DNA from: an uncultured Clostridia bacterium
Lineage (GTDB): Bacteria > Bacillota > Clostridia > TANB77 > CAG-508
Direction: 5' to 3'
NCBI GenBank assembly: GCA_947623475.1
Contig: CANQGV010000001.1
Coordinates: 1 to 41,502, forward strand
Length of the DNA: 41,502 nt
The first letter of the stretch is position 1. Every line of letters begins with the position of its first letter. Both the position numbers and the translations under genes were made by a program. The notes under the pieces are model-generated. The model saw nothing but the letters and a program-made list of their open reading frames with translations. It had not been told where the DNA came from and did not search any database. Shown piece by piece: positions 8,922-18,101 of the stretch.

Positions 8922-9551
8922 ATGAAAAATTATAAAGTTTTATTATTATTACTATTTCTATTATTTGTATATACATTTTTTTGTGCTATAACATATGCTA
9001 ATGTAGTTTCTAATGATATTTCTGAAAATGTTTTTAGGTTACATGTTATAGCTAATAGCGATTCTGATGAAGACCAGAATTTAAAATATTTAGTAAGAGA
9101 TTCTCTTTTAAATTATATGGAAGAATTAAGCAAAGATTGTAAATCTAAAGATGAAGTTATTTCTATTGCTAAAGAACATAGCTCTGATTTTAAAAGTATA
9201 GCTGTGAATACCATTAGAGAAAACGGTTATGATTATGATGTTTCAATTAACATAGGTAATTTTGATTTTCCTACAAAAACTTATGGAGATATTTCTTTAC
9301 CTAGTGGTAATTATGATGCCCTAAGAGTGGAAATTGGCGAAGCTAAAGGTAAAAATTGGTGGTGTGTAATGTTTCCTCCTCTTTGTTTTATAGATATATC
9401 TTCTGGTGTTGTTCCTGAGGATTCTAAAGATTATTTAAAAGAAAATATGTCTGAAGAAGAATATAAACTAATTTCTTCTGAAGAAGACAACGTTTTTAAT
9501 CTTAAATTTAAACTTCTAGAATTCTTTGCTAATAATCATCTAATATCTTAA
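8922..9551 (+). CDS. spoIIR: stage II sporulation protein R
   Basis: N-terminal signal-anchor followed by the hallmark FRLHVIANSDSDEDQNLKYLVRD and NWWCVMFPPLCF motifs of SpoIIR. Confidence 0.85.
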   Translation: MKNYKVLLLLLFLLFVYTFFCAITYANVVSNDISENVFRLHVIANSDSDEDQNLKYLVRDSLLNYMEELSKDCKSKDEVISIAKEHSSDFKSIAVNTIRENGYDYDVSINIGNFDFPTKTYGDISLPSGNYDALRVEIGEAKGKNWWCVMFPPLCFIDISSGVVPEDSKDYLKENMSEEEYKLISSEEDNVFNLKFKLLEFFANNHLIS

Positions 9552-9675
9552 AATTACTTGCAATAATGCAAATATTATGTTATATTCATAGGAGTAGAGT
9601 GTTATTTTTACACTCTATTTTTTAAGCGAAAAAATAAATAATTATATATATATTAAATATTTGGGGGTAATCTAT

Positions 9676-10935
9676 TTGGAGAAATTATTAATAACAGGAC
9701 CAACAGCATTAAAAGGAGAAGTAGAAATAAGTGGAGCAAAAAATGCAGCAGTAGCAATATTGCCGGCAGCTTTACTAATAGATGGAACTTGTACTATTAC
9801 AAATTTACCTAATATTAGTGATGTTAAGTTGTCTTGTGAAATATTAGAAGCTTTAGGTGCAAAAATAACTTGGACTGACAAAAATACTGTAACTATTGAT
9901 TCTTCTAATATTACTTCTACACAAGCACCTTTAGGCTTAACAAGTAAGTTTAGAGCTTCTTATTATATAATTGGTGCTATGCTTAGCAGAATGGGGTCAG
10001 TACAAGTTGCTATGCCTGGTGGTTGTCAATTAGGTGCAAGACCTATTGATCAACATATAAAAGGTTTTGAAGCTTTAGGTGCAGAAGTTACTGTTGAAAA
10101 AGGACATATTAATGCCACAGCTAATAAATTAGTTGGTACTTCTATTTATATGGATATTGTTTCTGTAGGAGCTACAATTAATGTTATGCTTTCTGCCGTT
10201 CTTGCTGAAGGAACTACTGTTATAGATAATGCTGCAAAAGAGCCTCATATAGTTGATGTTGCAAATTTCTTAAATACAATGGGTGCTGATATTAGAGGTG
10301 CTGGAACAGATATGATAAAAATTAATGGTGTTCCTAAATTAACAGGTAATGCAACATATAGTGTCGTTCCAGATCAAATTGAGGCAGGTACTTTTATGCT
10401 TGCAGCGGTTGCTTCTAGAGGAGATTTGCTAATAAAAAATTGTATAACAAAACATTTAGAGCCAATTACTAGAAAGATTTTAGAGGTTGGCGGACAGATT
10501 GAAGATTTTGGTGATTCTATTCGTGTTTGGAATACTGAAAAGCCAAAACCTGCTACTATAAAAACCTTACCTTACCCTGGATTCCCAACAGATTTACAAC
10601 CACAAATGGGTGTTGTGCTTTCTTTAGCAGATGGTACTAGTATAATTAATGAAAGCATTTGGGATTCAAGATTTCAATATACTGAAGAACTTAACAAAAT
10701 GGGTGCTAAAATAAATGCTCAAGGTACAAGAGCTTATTTTGAAGGTGTTGACCATTTAGAAGGTGCTCCTGTTTTCTCTACAGATTTACGCGCTGGTGCA
10801 GCTCTTATTGTTGCTGGTGTAGTTGCTGAGGGTGAAACAGAAGTATATAATTTAGAACATATTGATAGAGGTTATGAAAATATAGAAGAAAAATTCAGAA
10901 AAATAGGTGCTAAAATAAAAAGAGTAACTGAATAA
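9676..10935 (+). CDS. murA: UDP-N-acetylglucosamine 1-carboxyvinyltransferase
   Basis: MEKLLITGPTALKGEVEISGAKNAA N-terminus, the active-site region MPGGCQLGARPIDQH, and full-length MurA similarity. The start is placed at the TTG at 9676, with a GGGGG SD 8 nt upstream. The track ORF opens at 9661. Confidence 0.9.
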   Translation: MEKLLITGPTALKGEVEISGAKNAAVAILPAALLIDGTCTITNLPNISDVKLSCEILEALGAKITWTDKNTVTIDSSNITSTQAPLGLTSKFRASYYIIGAMLSRMGSVQVAMPGGCQLGARPIDQHIKGFEALGAEVTVEKGHINATANKLVGTSIYMDIVSVGATINVMLSAVLAEGTTVIDNAAKEPHIVDVANFLNTMGADIRGAGTDMIKINGVPKLTGNATYSVVPDQIEAGTFMLAAVASRGDLLIKNCITKHLEPITRKILEVGGQIEDFGDSIRVWNTEKPKPATIKTLPYPGFPTDLQPQMGVVLSLADGTSIINESIWDSRFQYTEELNKMGAKINAQGTRAYFEGVDHLEGAPVFSTDLRAGAALIVAGVVAEGETEVYNLEHIDRGYENIEEKFRKIGAKIKRVTE

Positions 10936-10964
10936 TGTAATAGACAAAAGAAGGTAGAAATAAA

Positions 10965-11753
10965 ATGTTTGATTTTTGTAGTTTATATAGTGGAAGTAGT
11001 GGTAATAGTCTTCTTCTAAAATCAGATAATGCTAAAATTTTAATAGATGCTGGTGTAAGTTGTAAAAAAATTGAGACTGCATTAGAGGATGTAAATATTT
11101 CCCCTGATGAACTTGATGCAATTTTAGTAACTCACGAGCATTCTGATCATGTACAAGGTTTGGGAACATTTGTAAAAAAACATAATGTTCCTGTTTTTGT
11201 TAATCAAAAGACTCTTGATGCAATGCCTAAACAAAAAGATAAAATTTCAGATGATAAAATTAATTTATTTAAAAATACAGATCATTTTGAAATAAATGAC
11301 TTAAAAATTGTTCCTTTTGATATTCCACACGATGCTGCTAACCCTTGTGGTTTTAATATATATAATAAAAAGAAAAAAATGAGTGTGGCAACAGATATTG
11401 GAGATATGAATAAATACATATTAAAACATCTAGAAAATAGTAATTTTGTATTATTAGAATCTAATTATGATCCAGAAGTATTAAAATGTTCTCCTTACCC
11501 TTATTCTTTAAAAATGAGAATTGCTAGTTCTACTGGTCATCTTTCAAATGCTATGGCTGGAAAGACCCTTTCTTACCTTATACAATCTGGTCTTAAAACA
11601 GCTATGCTTGGACATTTGAGTAAACACAGTAATTTTCCAGAATTAGCTTATAAAACTGTTGTTGAGGAACTAATTTCAAATAATTATGATGAAAATTCTT
11701 TAAAGCTTTCAGTAGCTTCTAGAGATTCACATAGTAAAATTATAAAAATCTAA
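10965..11753 (+). CDS. MBL-fold metallo-hydrolase (YycJ/WalJ-like)
   Basis: HEHSDH metal-binding motif and a YycJ-like N-terminus (LYSGSSGNS). It lies next to rlmH, as in Bacillus. Confidence 0.85.
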   Translation: MFDFCSLYSGSSGNSLLLKSDNAKILIDAGVSCKKIETALEDVNISPDELDAILVTHEHSDHVQGLGTFVKKHNVPVFVNQKTLDAMPKQKDKISDDKINLFKNTDHFEINDLKIVPFDIPHDAANPCGFNIYNKKKKMSVATDIGDMNKYILKHLENSNFVLLESNYDPEVLKCSPYPYSLKMRIASSTGHLSNAMAGKTLSYLIQSGLKTAMLGHLSKHSNFPELAYKTVVEELISNNYDENSLKLSVASRDSHSKIIKI

Positions 11754-11769
11754 AAAGGAGATTTTATTT

Positions 11770-12249
11770 ATGCTTACTATAAATATTGTTTGTGTTGGTA
11801 AACTAAAAGAAAAATTTTTCAAAGATGCTGTTCAAGAGTATTCAAAAAGGCTTTCTAAATATTGTAAATTAAATATTTTAGAATTGCCTGATGAAAAGAT
11901 TCCAAATAATGGGAATGAAACTATTTTTAAAGATATAAAAATTAAAGAATGTAAAAATATAATCTCTCATTTAAAGAAAGATTCTTATATTATTTGTTTA
12001 GATTTAAAGGGAAAAGAATTTTCTTCTGAACAATTTTCTGCTAAAATTGATTCTATATCAATGCAATCAAGCTCTATAACATTTATTATAGGAGGCTCAC
12101 TTGGTTTGACAGATGAAGTTCTTTCATTTTCCAATGAACAAATTTGTTTTTCAAAGATGACTTTTCCCCATCAATTAATTCGTGTTTTTCTTTTAGAACA
12201 GCTTTTTAGAGCTTTTAAAATTTCACATGGTGAAACATATCATCGTTAA
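11770..12249 (+). CDS. rlmH: 23S rRNA (pseudouridine1915-N3)-methyltransferase
   Basis: 159-aa SPOUT-type protein with IGGSLGL and the typical RlmH C-terminus (ETYHR). Confidence 0.9.
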   Translation: MLTINIVCVGKLKEKFFKDAVQEYSKRLSKYCKLNILELPDEKIPNNGNETIFKDIKIKECKNIISHLKKDSYIICLDLKGKEFSSEQFSAKIDSISMQSSSITFIIGGSLGLTDEVLSFSNEQICFSKMTFPHQLIRVFLLEQLFRAFKISHGETYHR

Positions 12250-12431
12250 TTTATATATTTAAGATATTTTTTTTAATATATTTTTTGCTAATAATTTTAT
12301 AATAATTTTTCTTGTTAAAATAAAAATTAAAAAGAACAAAACTATTTTTAAAATATTTTTTCCTCCTTTATTAAATAACTATTTTACAAGAATATTAACT
12401 ATTTTTATTATAGTCTACATAATTTTTATTG

Positions 12432-12971
12432 TCAAGAAAAACCGTTTGACATCATTCGACAAACTACTACACTCGCAGCCATTCCAGCAATATCTGCTAA
12501 GAGGGCAGCTATTAAAATAAACCTCGTTTTTTTCACTTTTATACTACTTGTGTATATTGCAATTGTATAAATTGTTGTTTCTGTTGATCCCATTATTGTT
12601 GCTGCTATTAAACCTATTGGACTGTCTACTCCAAAATTTTTCATTATGTCTGTTGCAATGGCTATTGATGCATTTCCTGAAATAGGTCTTAATAATGCTA
12701 ATGGCATTATTTCTTCTGGAAAGTTTATAATTTTTAATAAAGGGGAAATAATATTAACAATAAAATCAATGAGTCCAGATCCTCTAAGTAAACTTATCGC
12801 AACAAAAAGGCCTACTAGTGTTGGAAATATTTTTAAAGTTATCTTTATTCCTTCACTAGCACCTTCTAAAAAGATGTCAAAAATTCTTTTCCTTTCTACT
12901 ATTCCATGTGCTAATATTAAAAATATTATTAGTGGCATAGCTATATTTGATAAAAATTTTATAAATTGCAT
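12432..12971 (-). CDS. spmB: spore maturation protein B (nucleoside-recognition/Gate domain membrane protein)
   Basis: Polytopic membrane protein, 179 aa, immediately downstream of a SpmA-like partner. Confidence 0.75.
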   Translation of the reverse strand: MQFIKFLSNIAMPLIIFLILAHGIVERKRIFDIFLEGASEGIKITLKIFPTLVGLFVAISLLRGSGLIDFIVNIISPLLKIINFPEEIMPLALLRPISGNASIAIATDIMKNFGVDSPIGLIAATIMGSTETTIYTIAIYTSSIKVKKTRFILIAALLADIAGMAASVVVCRMMSNGFS

Positions 12972-12975
12972 TTTT

Positions 12976-13566
12976 TTACCTTTCTTTTTTCTTTGTTATT
13001 TTTATCAGTATTTTTGCACTTATAGTTCCCACTATTGCTGCTATTATCGTTGCAACCCATACAGGAAAGATTATGCTTGTTGGATTTGTTGAGCCTAGAG
13101 AACTTCTAATTGCTATAACTGTTGTGGGAATCAACTGTAAAGATGCAGTATTTAGAACTATAAGCATTATCATAGAGTCAGATAATTCTTCTTTATTTTT
13201 ATTTTCTTTTTGCATAGAACTAATTGCTTTTAAACCTAGTGGAGTTGCTGCATTTCCTAGCCCTAATATATTTGCAATCATATTCATTGATATTTGTTGA
13301 GTTATTTTATTATTATTTTTTAATTCTGGAAATAATATCTTTATCAATGGTTTTATTGCTTTTGAAATTAATTTGACAAAACTTGTTTCTTCTGCTATAC
13401 TCATTAATCCACTCCACAGACAGAGTGATCCTAAAAGAGTTGTAGTAATTGTAACAGCATCTTGAGCTCCATCAAAGAAAGAATTATTTAATTGCTCTAA
13501 ATTTCCAGAGACGATGCCATATGCAATTGATAAAATTATAAATATAGGCCAAATTGAATTTAGCAT
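12976..13566 (-). CDS. spmA: spore maturation protein A
   Basis: 196-aa polytopic membrane protein with a SpmA-like N-terminus (MLNSIWPIFIILSIAYG) in a tandem spmA-spmB arrangement. Confidence 0.75.
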   Translation of the reverse strand: MLNSIWPIFIILSIAYGIVSGNLEQLNNSFFDGAQDAVTITTTLLGSLCLWSGLMSIAEETSFVKLISKAIKPLIKILFPELKNNNKITQQISMNMIANILGLGNAATPLGLKAISSMQKENKNKEELSDSMIMLIVLNTASLQLIPTTVIAIRSSLGSTNPTSIIFPVWVATIIAAIVGTISAKILIKITKKKER

Positions 13567-13673
13567 TTTATCACCTAAAATATTTTTATTCTTTTATTAT
13601 TTTTTTTAGTACAATTAATTGACCAATAACATTATTTATGATATTATATTGTTATTGAGTGAGGAGGGTTTTG

Positions 13674-13922
13674 ATGAAATCTACGGGAATTATTAGAAAA
13701 ATTGATGAATTAGGAAGAGTTGTAATTCCTATTGAATTGAGACATAAATTAGGAATAGATGTAAAAGATCCAGTTGAAATATATGTAAAAGGCACTTCTA
13801 TTGTTTTAAAAAAGTTTGAGCCAAATTGTGTTTTTTGTGGAAACACAAAAAATTTAACTGAATACAAAGATAAGTTGATATGCGATAAGTGTATAGAGAA
13901 ATTATCTGATATTAATAAATAA
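13674..13922 (+). CDS. abrB: AbrB/SpoVT-family transition-state regulator with C-terminal CxxC...CxxC element
   Basis: MKSTGIIRKIDELGRVVIPIELRHKLGI is nearly identical in pattern to the Bacillus AbrB N-terminus. A GAGGAGGG SD precedes the ATG at 13674. The track start at 13659 is rejected. Confidence 0.85.
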   Translation: MKSTGIIRKIDELGRVVIPIELRHKLGIDVKDPVEIYVKGTSIVLKKFEPNCVFCGNTKNLTEYKDKLICDKCIEKLSDINK

Positions 13923-13947
13923 AAACTCCACGATTGGAGTTTTTTAT
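13921..13947. terminator. bidirectional intrinsic terminator
   Basis: AAAAACTCCA-CGA-TTGGAGTTTTTT hairpin between the convergent abrB and rsmI genes. Confidence 0.6.
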
Positions 13948-13956
13948 TGTATAAAT

Positions 13957-14781
13957 TTATATGAATAATTTATATATATCATTTTTAGGTACATTTCTGT
14001 CTTTTGCTATTTTTTTTATTATTTCTTTTTTTTCTAGTCCTTGTTTTTCATAATATTCATAATGTTCTTGTATTGTCATTTTTTCAAATATATTTTCTTC
14101 TTGCTTTTTACTTCCTTCTATAATAATTACCATTTCACCTTTTAAATCTTGAGCTTTTTCTATTAATGTATGAATATCTTCTCTTATAAATTCTTCGTGT
14201 ATTTTTGTTAGTTCTCTTGCTATTACTATTTTTCTATCTTCTAATATTTTTTCTAGATCTATCAATGTTTCTTTTATTTTATGTGGTGCTTCATAAAGTA
14301 TTATTGTTTTTTTCGTTTTACTTATTTCTTCTAGTTTAACTTTTCTGTTTTTTTTGTTTGTTGGTAAAAATCCTAAAAATACAAATTCACTTGTATCAAT
14401 TCCTGATCCAATAAGTGCTTGAATACTTGCACATGCACCTGGTACTGGAATTATTTTTATTTTTTCTTTTATTGCTTCTTTTATTACTTCTGCTCCTGGA
14501 TCACATATTCCTGGAGTTCCTGCATCTGATACAAGTGCTATGTTTTCTCCTTGTTTTAATTTGTTTATTAAAATTTCTGTTTTAGTATCTTCGTTGTGTC
14601 TATGATAACTTATTAGTGGTTTTGAAATTTTAAAATGGTTTAAAAGTTTTAATGTGTGCCTTGTGTCTTCTGCTGCTATTATATTTACTTCTTGTAGAAC
14701 TTCTAATGCTCTTAATGTTATGTCTTTTAAGTTTCCTATTGGAGTTGCTACAATATATAATATTCCTTCTTCTTTTTTCAT
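13957..14781 (-). CDS. rsmI: 16S rRNA (cytidine1402-2'-O)-methyltransferase
   Basis: LYIVATPIGNLKDITLRALEVL N-terminus, a tetrapyrrole-methylase fold pattern, and the conserved position next to abrB. Confidence 0.9.
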   Translation of the reverse strand: MKKEEGILYIVATPIGNLKDITLRALEVLQEVNIIAAEDTRHTLKLLNHFKISKPLISYHRHNEDTKTEILINKLKQGENIALVSDAGTPGICDPGAEVIKEAIKEKIKIIPVPGACASIQALIGSGIDTSEFVFLGFLPTNKKNRKVKLEEISKTKKTIILYEAPHKIKETLIDLEKILEDRKIVIARELTKIHEEFIREDIHTLIEKAQDLKGEMVIIIEGSKKQEENIFEKMTIQEHYEYYEKQGLEKKEIIKKIAKDRNVPKNDIYKLFI

Positions 14782-14786
14782 TTCCT

Positions 14787-15560
14787 TTACTCTCCGTTTG
14801 TTTTATTTTCACTTTTTTTAGTTATGTTATAAATTTTATTTATTTCCTCTGTGTATTCCCCGTTTTCTTCATATACATATAGGCTTTTTTCTACTTTTAG
14901 AAATGCTTTTGCATTTTTTCTAGCTTCTATTAAAACTAATTTTGCGTTTTCTTCTTTATTTTTGTGTGAATATACGAAACGAATACGTTTTGGCTCTATT
15001 TTATATTTTCTCATAATTGATATGATGTCTACTAATCTTTCTGGCCTATGGACCATAAATAACTCTCCATTATCTTTTAAAATTTTGCTAGATATTTTTA
15101 TAAAATCTTCTAATGTTGCTGTTGTTTCAACTTTTGCTATATGTTTTTGCTTGTTTTCACTTTCTAGCCCTGTATTTTGTTTTTTATATGGAGGATTTGT
15201 TACAATTGCATCTATTGTTTTTTCTTTTATTTCTTTTTCTATATTAATTATGTCACTTTTTATTACTTTTAATTTTTGGTTTAACTTATTTATTTCTATG
15301 TTTTTGTTTATAAGGTCTACCATTTCTTTTTGCTTTTCTATACATATTATTTCTTTTGCTTTGGTCTTTTTTGATAATAATATTGATATTATTCCAGTAC
15401 CAGCTCCTAAGTCTACAACTGTTGAGTTAGGTTTTATTTTTTTTGCAAAGTCTGATAATAGAATTGCATCCATTCCAAAACAAAACCATTTTTTATTTTG
15501 AATTATGCTTAAACCTTTATATTGCAAATCTTCAATTTTTTCATTTTCTTCTAATTCCAT
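14787..15560 (-). CDS. class I SAM-dependent methyltransferase, tRNA1(Val) (adenine37-N6)-methyltransferase-like (YabB/TrmN6 type)
   Basis: SAM motif VVDLGAGTGII and catalytic NPPY (IVTNPPYKK). It lies upstream of rsmI, as yabB does in Bacillus. Confidence 0.75.
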   Translation of the reverse strand: MELEENEKIEDLQYKGLSIIQNKKWFCFGMDAILLSDFAKKIKPNSTVVDLGAGTGIISILLSKKTKAKEIICIEKQKEMVDLINKNIEINKLNQKLKVIKSDIINIEKEIKEKTIDAIVTNPPYKKQNTGLESENKQKHIAKVETTATLEDFIKISSKILKDNGELFMVHRPERLVDIISIMRKYKIEPKRIRFVYSHKNKEENAKLVLIEARKNAKAFLKVEKSLYVYEENGEYTEEINKIYNITKKSENKTNGE

Positions 15561-15637
15561 ATAATCACCTTTAATTATTTTACAACAATTTTCAATTTAT
15601 GTAAATATCTTACATATTATATATAAAGGAGATGTTT

Positions 15638-15808
15638 ATGAATAATTATTTGATTGATAAAGATAAATCTGTTCAAACTTCTAAGAAGAAGTTTAATTTT
15701 AGAGATTTTAAACATAATACTTACTGTTCTTTAAATAATATTGAGTGCTTTTTAAATAATGTTACTTGTTGCTATAAGGTTTTTAAGTTGTATAGATTGT
15801 TAAAATAG
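15638..15808 (+). CDS. possible small Cys-containing protein (56 aa), hypothetical
   Basis: AAAGGAGATG SD region 8 nt before the ATG at 15638. It translates to MNNYLIDKDKSVQTSKKKFNFRDFKHNTYCSLNNIECFLNNVTCCYKVFKLYRLLK. The stop overlaps a strong hairpin terminator. It is below the ORF-track size cutoff. Confidence 0.3.
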   Translation: MNNYLIDKDKSVQTSKKKFNFRDFKHNTYCSLNNIECFLNNVTCCYKVFKLYRLLK

Positions 15809-15843
15809 GAATGTTCCTTTCGTTTAGAAACATTCCTATTTTA
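15805..15843. terminator. bidirectional intrinsic terminator
   Basis: 11-bp stem ATAGGAATGTT (15805-15815) / AACATTCCTAT (15829-15839) followed by TTTT. Confidence 0.55.
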
Positions 15844-15871
15844 TATTACTTATTTATTTTACACATTATTC

Positions 15872-16129
15872 CTATAATTCCCCTAATAAGTATATGAATA
15901 TTATTCCTACATAGAATAATACTGTAAGTGCTATTCCTATAATTCCTGTTATTAGTCCTGCTTTTGCCATTTTACTTCCTGTTCTTTTTGCTGATTTTGC
16001 TCCAAATACTATTGCTAAAATACCTGTTGGTATTGAAATATACCAAAATCCAATAGCTACTGAAGATATTATTCCTAGTGTAAGTGCTGCTACATGCATT
16101 GATTGTTTCTTTTTATCTTTCATTTCCAT
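15872..16129 (-). CDS. small membrane protein, DUF4190-like
   Basis: 85 aa with two hydrophobic helices flanking GAKSAKRTGSKMAKAG, as in DUF4190 proteins. The start overlaps the upstream stop by 17 nt. Confidence 0.65.
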   Translation of the reverse strand: MEMKDKKKQSMHVAALTLGIISSVAIGFWYISIPTGILAIVFGAKSAKRTGSKMAKAGLITGIIGIALTVLFYVGIIFIYLLGEL

Positions 16130-18101
16130 CCTCCTTATTAATTTTTATTTCACTAATTGGCTCTAATGTATCTAAATTATTTACTTTTACTGCTTCTTCA
16201 GATACTGTGTATAAGTTATTGTCTATATATAAGCCTCTTAATAGATTTGTTTTTTTAGCATAGTAATCATAGTAACTATATTTTGAGGAATTTTTTAAAT
16301 TAATTGTAGGTGCTTCATGTGTTATAGTTCCTTTTAATTTAAATCCTTCTTCTAAGTTTATTTTATAAACAAAATAACCTTCTCCTATAATTCTTCCCGA
16401 ATAATTTTTATATGAATTTATTACTTCTTCTATTGATTCTGAATTATTTACTGCAAAATCTTTATTATAATTATTTACTGGTATTGCTATTAATTCTTTT
16501 TCTTTTGAGAATAATAGTGCTTTTGGATTTTTTAATATAGCTGAAGTTGTTCTGCTATCTCCTATTACAGTTTGAGACATTTGAACAGGCTCTCTTATAT
16601 CACTGACATCAAATAAAGCCATTTTCATTCCTATTATTCGTGCTGTTGTTGATATTACTTTACCATCTAAATTTCTGTCTATTTCTTCTTCTGTTTCCAT
16701 TCCAATTCCAATTATATGATTTTCATCATATGGATGTAAATATGTACTATAACCTGGTATTTTTAACTCTCCTAATACTTTAGGTTTAGATTCATCGCTT
16801 AAGTCTATTACAAATAAAGGATCTACTGTTTGATATGTTACTAAATAAACTTTATCTCCCATAAATCTTGATGAATACATATTCTCATTTTTTGCTATAC
16901 TATCAGATACTCCTATTTGATTCATTTTTTCATCAAATATTGTAACTCTTGTTCCATTTTTGTAATTATATGATGCAACTCTTAAATGTCCTTGATATTC
17001 ATCTAATGAATATTGATTTATTGTTTCTCCTTCTACTTCTCCTTTTGAATTATATTTAATGTCTCCATCATCTAATATATCAAATTTATATATTAAAGTT
17101 TTAGTTTTATAATTATAATTATAATTATATTTATTTCCATAATCGAAATAATCATCTAAACCAAAAAGACCTTTTATTCCAAATAAGCATTTCCAAAATC
17201 TATTTTCTTCTTTTTCCTCATTATATCCATTTTTCATATTTGCTATGTAAATTCCTTTTTCTGAGACATAAGCATTTGATATATCTAATGCATATGCATC
17301 TACATCAATTTGATTGTCTAAATTATTTAAATCAATTGTAGCTATTATTGTTTGAGCTTTTGAATTTATTTCTTCCATATATTTATAATTTTTCAAGCTT
17401 ATTTCTTTTTCTTCTCCGTCTTCTTTATATTTTCTTACTATTTTGTCTTTTTCTATTGTATAACTACCTGAAGATATAATATATACTTTGTCTCCTATAG
17501 CTCTTGATGTGTAATATGGTTGATAAAATTCATATTTTCTTTTTTCTTTTGGATCTTTTCTATCTGTTATATCATAAACTCTAACAGTTGTATGTGGACT
17601 ACTGTTATCATAATAACTACTATTTGTTGAACTTGTTCCTATTATTGTTAATTTATCTTTATTAAGTATAATATCTTCTGGTATACTTCCGTCTGAAGAG
17701 CTTATTTTTGATGCTATTTCAATAGCTTGTGGGTTTTTAACATCTGTTATTACTACATCATTTCCTGATAAAGAATATATATAATCTCCATCAGTTTTTG
17801 TAATATCTGCTTCATCTACATTTTCTACTTGTATATTTGTTTTAGAGTAATCTTTTTCTGAACTACTTTCTTCTTCACTTGCAATATCTTCTGCATTATC
17901 AATAACAGAATTCGAAGTTGTTCCTGTATCAGTAGATTTTCCTGTAACAGATGTTGGGTATGTAACTCCTTTAGATGATGAAGTATCTCCTGAATAATTT
18001 GTTGCTTCATTAGATCTAGGCATAGCTGATTGTTGATAACCTATACCTCCTATTTCACTAAATAATTCTGCTATTGCAAAAGGTGCACCTGGCATAAGCA
18101 T
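16113..18101 (-). CDS. beta-propeller domain-containing envelope protein, main body (frame continues from ORF 18058..18285 after a +1 shift at 18129-18126)
   Basis: Long extracytoplasmic-type sequence with repeated YxxGDxxY(I/L)(V/I) blades (GDYIYSLSG, GDKVYIISSG, GDKVYLVTYQ). There is no SD and no signal peptide at the track start. Confidence 0.75.
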   Translation of the reverse strand: MLMPGAPFAIAELFSEIGGIGYQQSAMPRSNEATNYSGDTSSSKGVTYPTSVTGKSTDTGTTSNSVIDNAEDIASEEESSSEKDYSKTNIQVENVDEADITKTDGDYIYSLSGNDVVITDVKNPQAIEIASKISSSDGSIPEDIILNKDKLTIIGTSSTNSSYYDNSSPHTTVRVYDITDRKDPKEKRKYEFYQPYYTSRAIGDKVYIISSGSYTIEKDKIVRKYKEDGEEKEISLKNYKYMEEINSKAQTIIATIDLNNLDNQIDVDAYALDISNAYVSEKGIYIANMKNGYNEEKEENRFWKCLFGIKGLFGLDDYFDYGNKYNYNYNYKTKTLIYKFDILDDGDIKYNSKGEVEGETINQYSLDEYQGHLRVASYNYKNGTRVTIFDEKMNQIGVSDSIAKNENMYSSRFMGDKVYLVTYQTVDPLFVIDLSDESKPKVLGELKIPGYSTYLHPYDENHIIGIGMETEEEIDRNLDGKVISTTARIIGMKMALFDVSDIREPVQMSQTVIGDSRTTSAILKNPKALLFSKEKELIAIPVNNYNKDFAVNNSESIEEVINSYKNYSGRIIGEGYFVYKINLEEGFKLKGTITHEAPTINLKNSSKYSYYDYYAKKTNLLRGLYIDNNLYTVSEEAVKVNNLDTLEPISEIKINKEDGNER

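Noticed and set aside
12330-12369. A very strong SD (AAAGGAGGA, minus strand, 12369-12361) in the rlmH/spmB intergenic region, followed by an open hydrophobic frame ((I)LKIVLFFLIFILTRKIIIKLLAKNILKKIS).
   Set aside because: No ATG, GTG or TTG lies at a suitable distance. Only an ATT could start it. A roughly 33-aa ORF in such AT-rich DNA is expected by chance. I keep it only as a note.
14630-14812. Same-strand alternative-frame ORFs: 14630..14812, 17825..18010 and 21076..21309.
   Set aside because: Their K/R/N-rich translations arise from A-rich sequence read out of frame, and they are fully embedded in motif-bearing genes. They are not associated with any CGG junction.
14851-15501. Long antisense ORFs (156-243 aa) inside large minus-strand genes: 14851..15501, 30513..31052, 35811..36281, 36327..36821 and 38654..39385.
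   Set aside because: They have no SD or start context. Their compositions (Phe/Ser/Pro/Leu-rich) are typical of the reverse complement of Lys/Glu/Gly-rich coding sequence. The opposite-strand genes have clear motifs.
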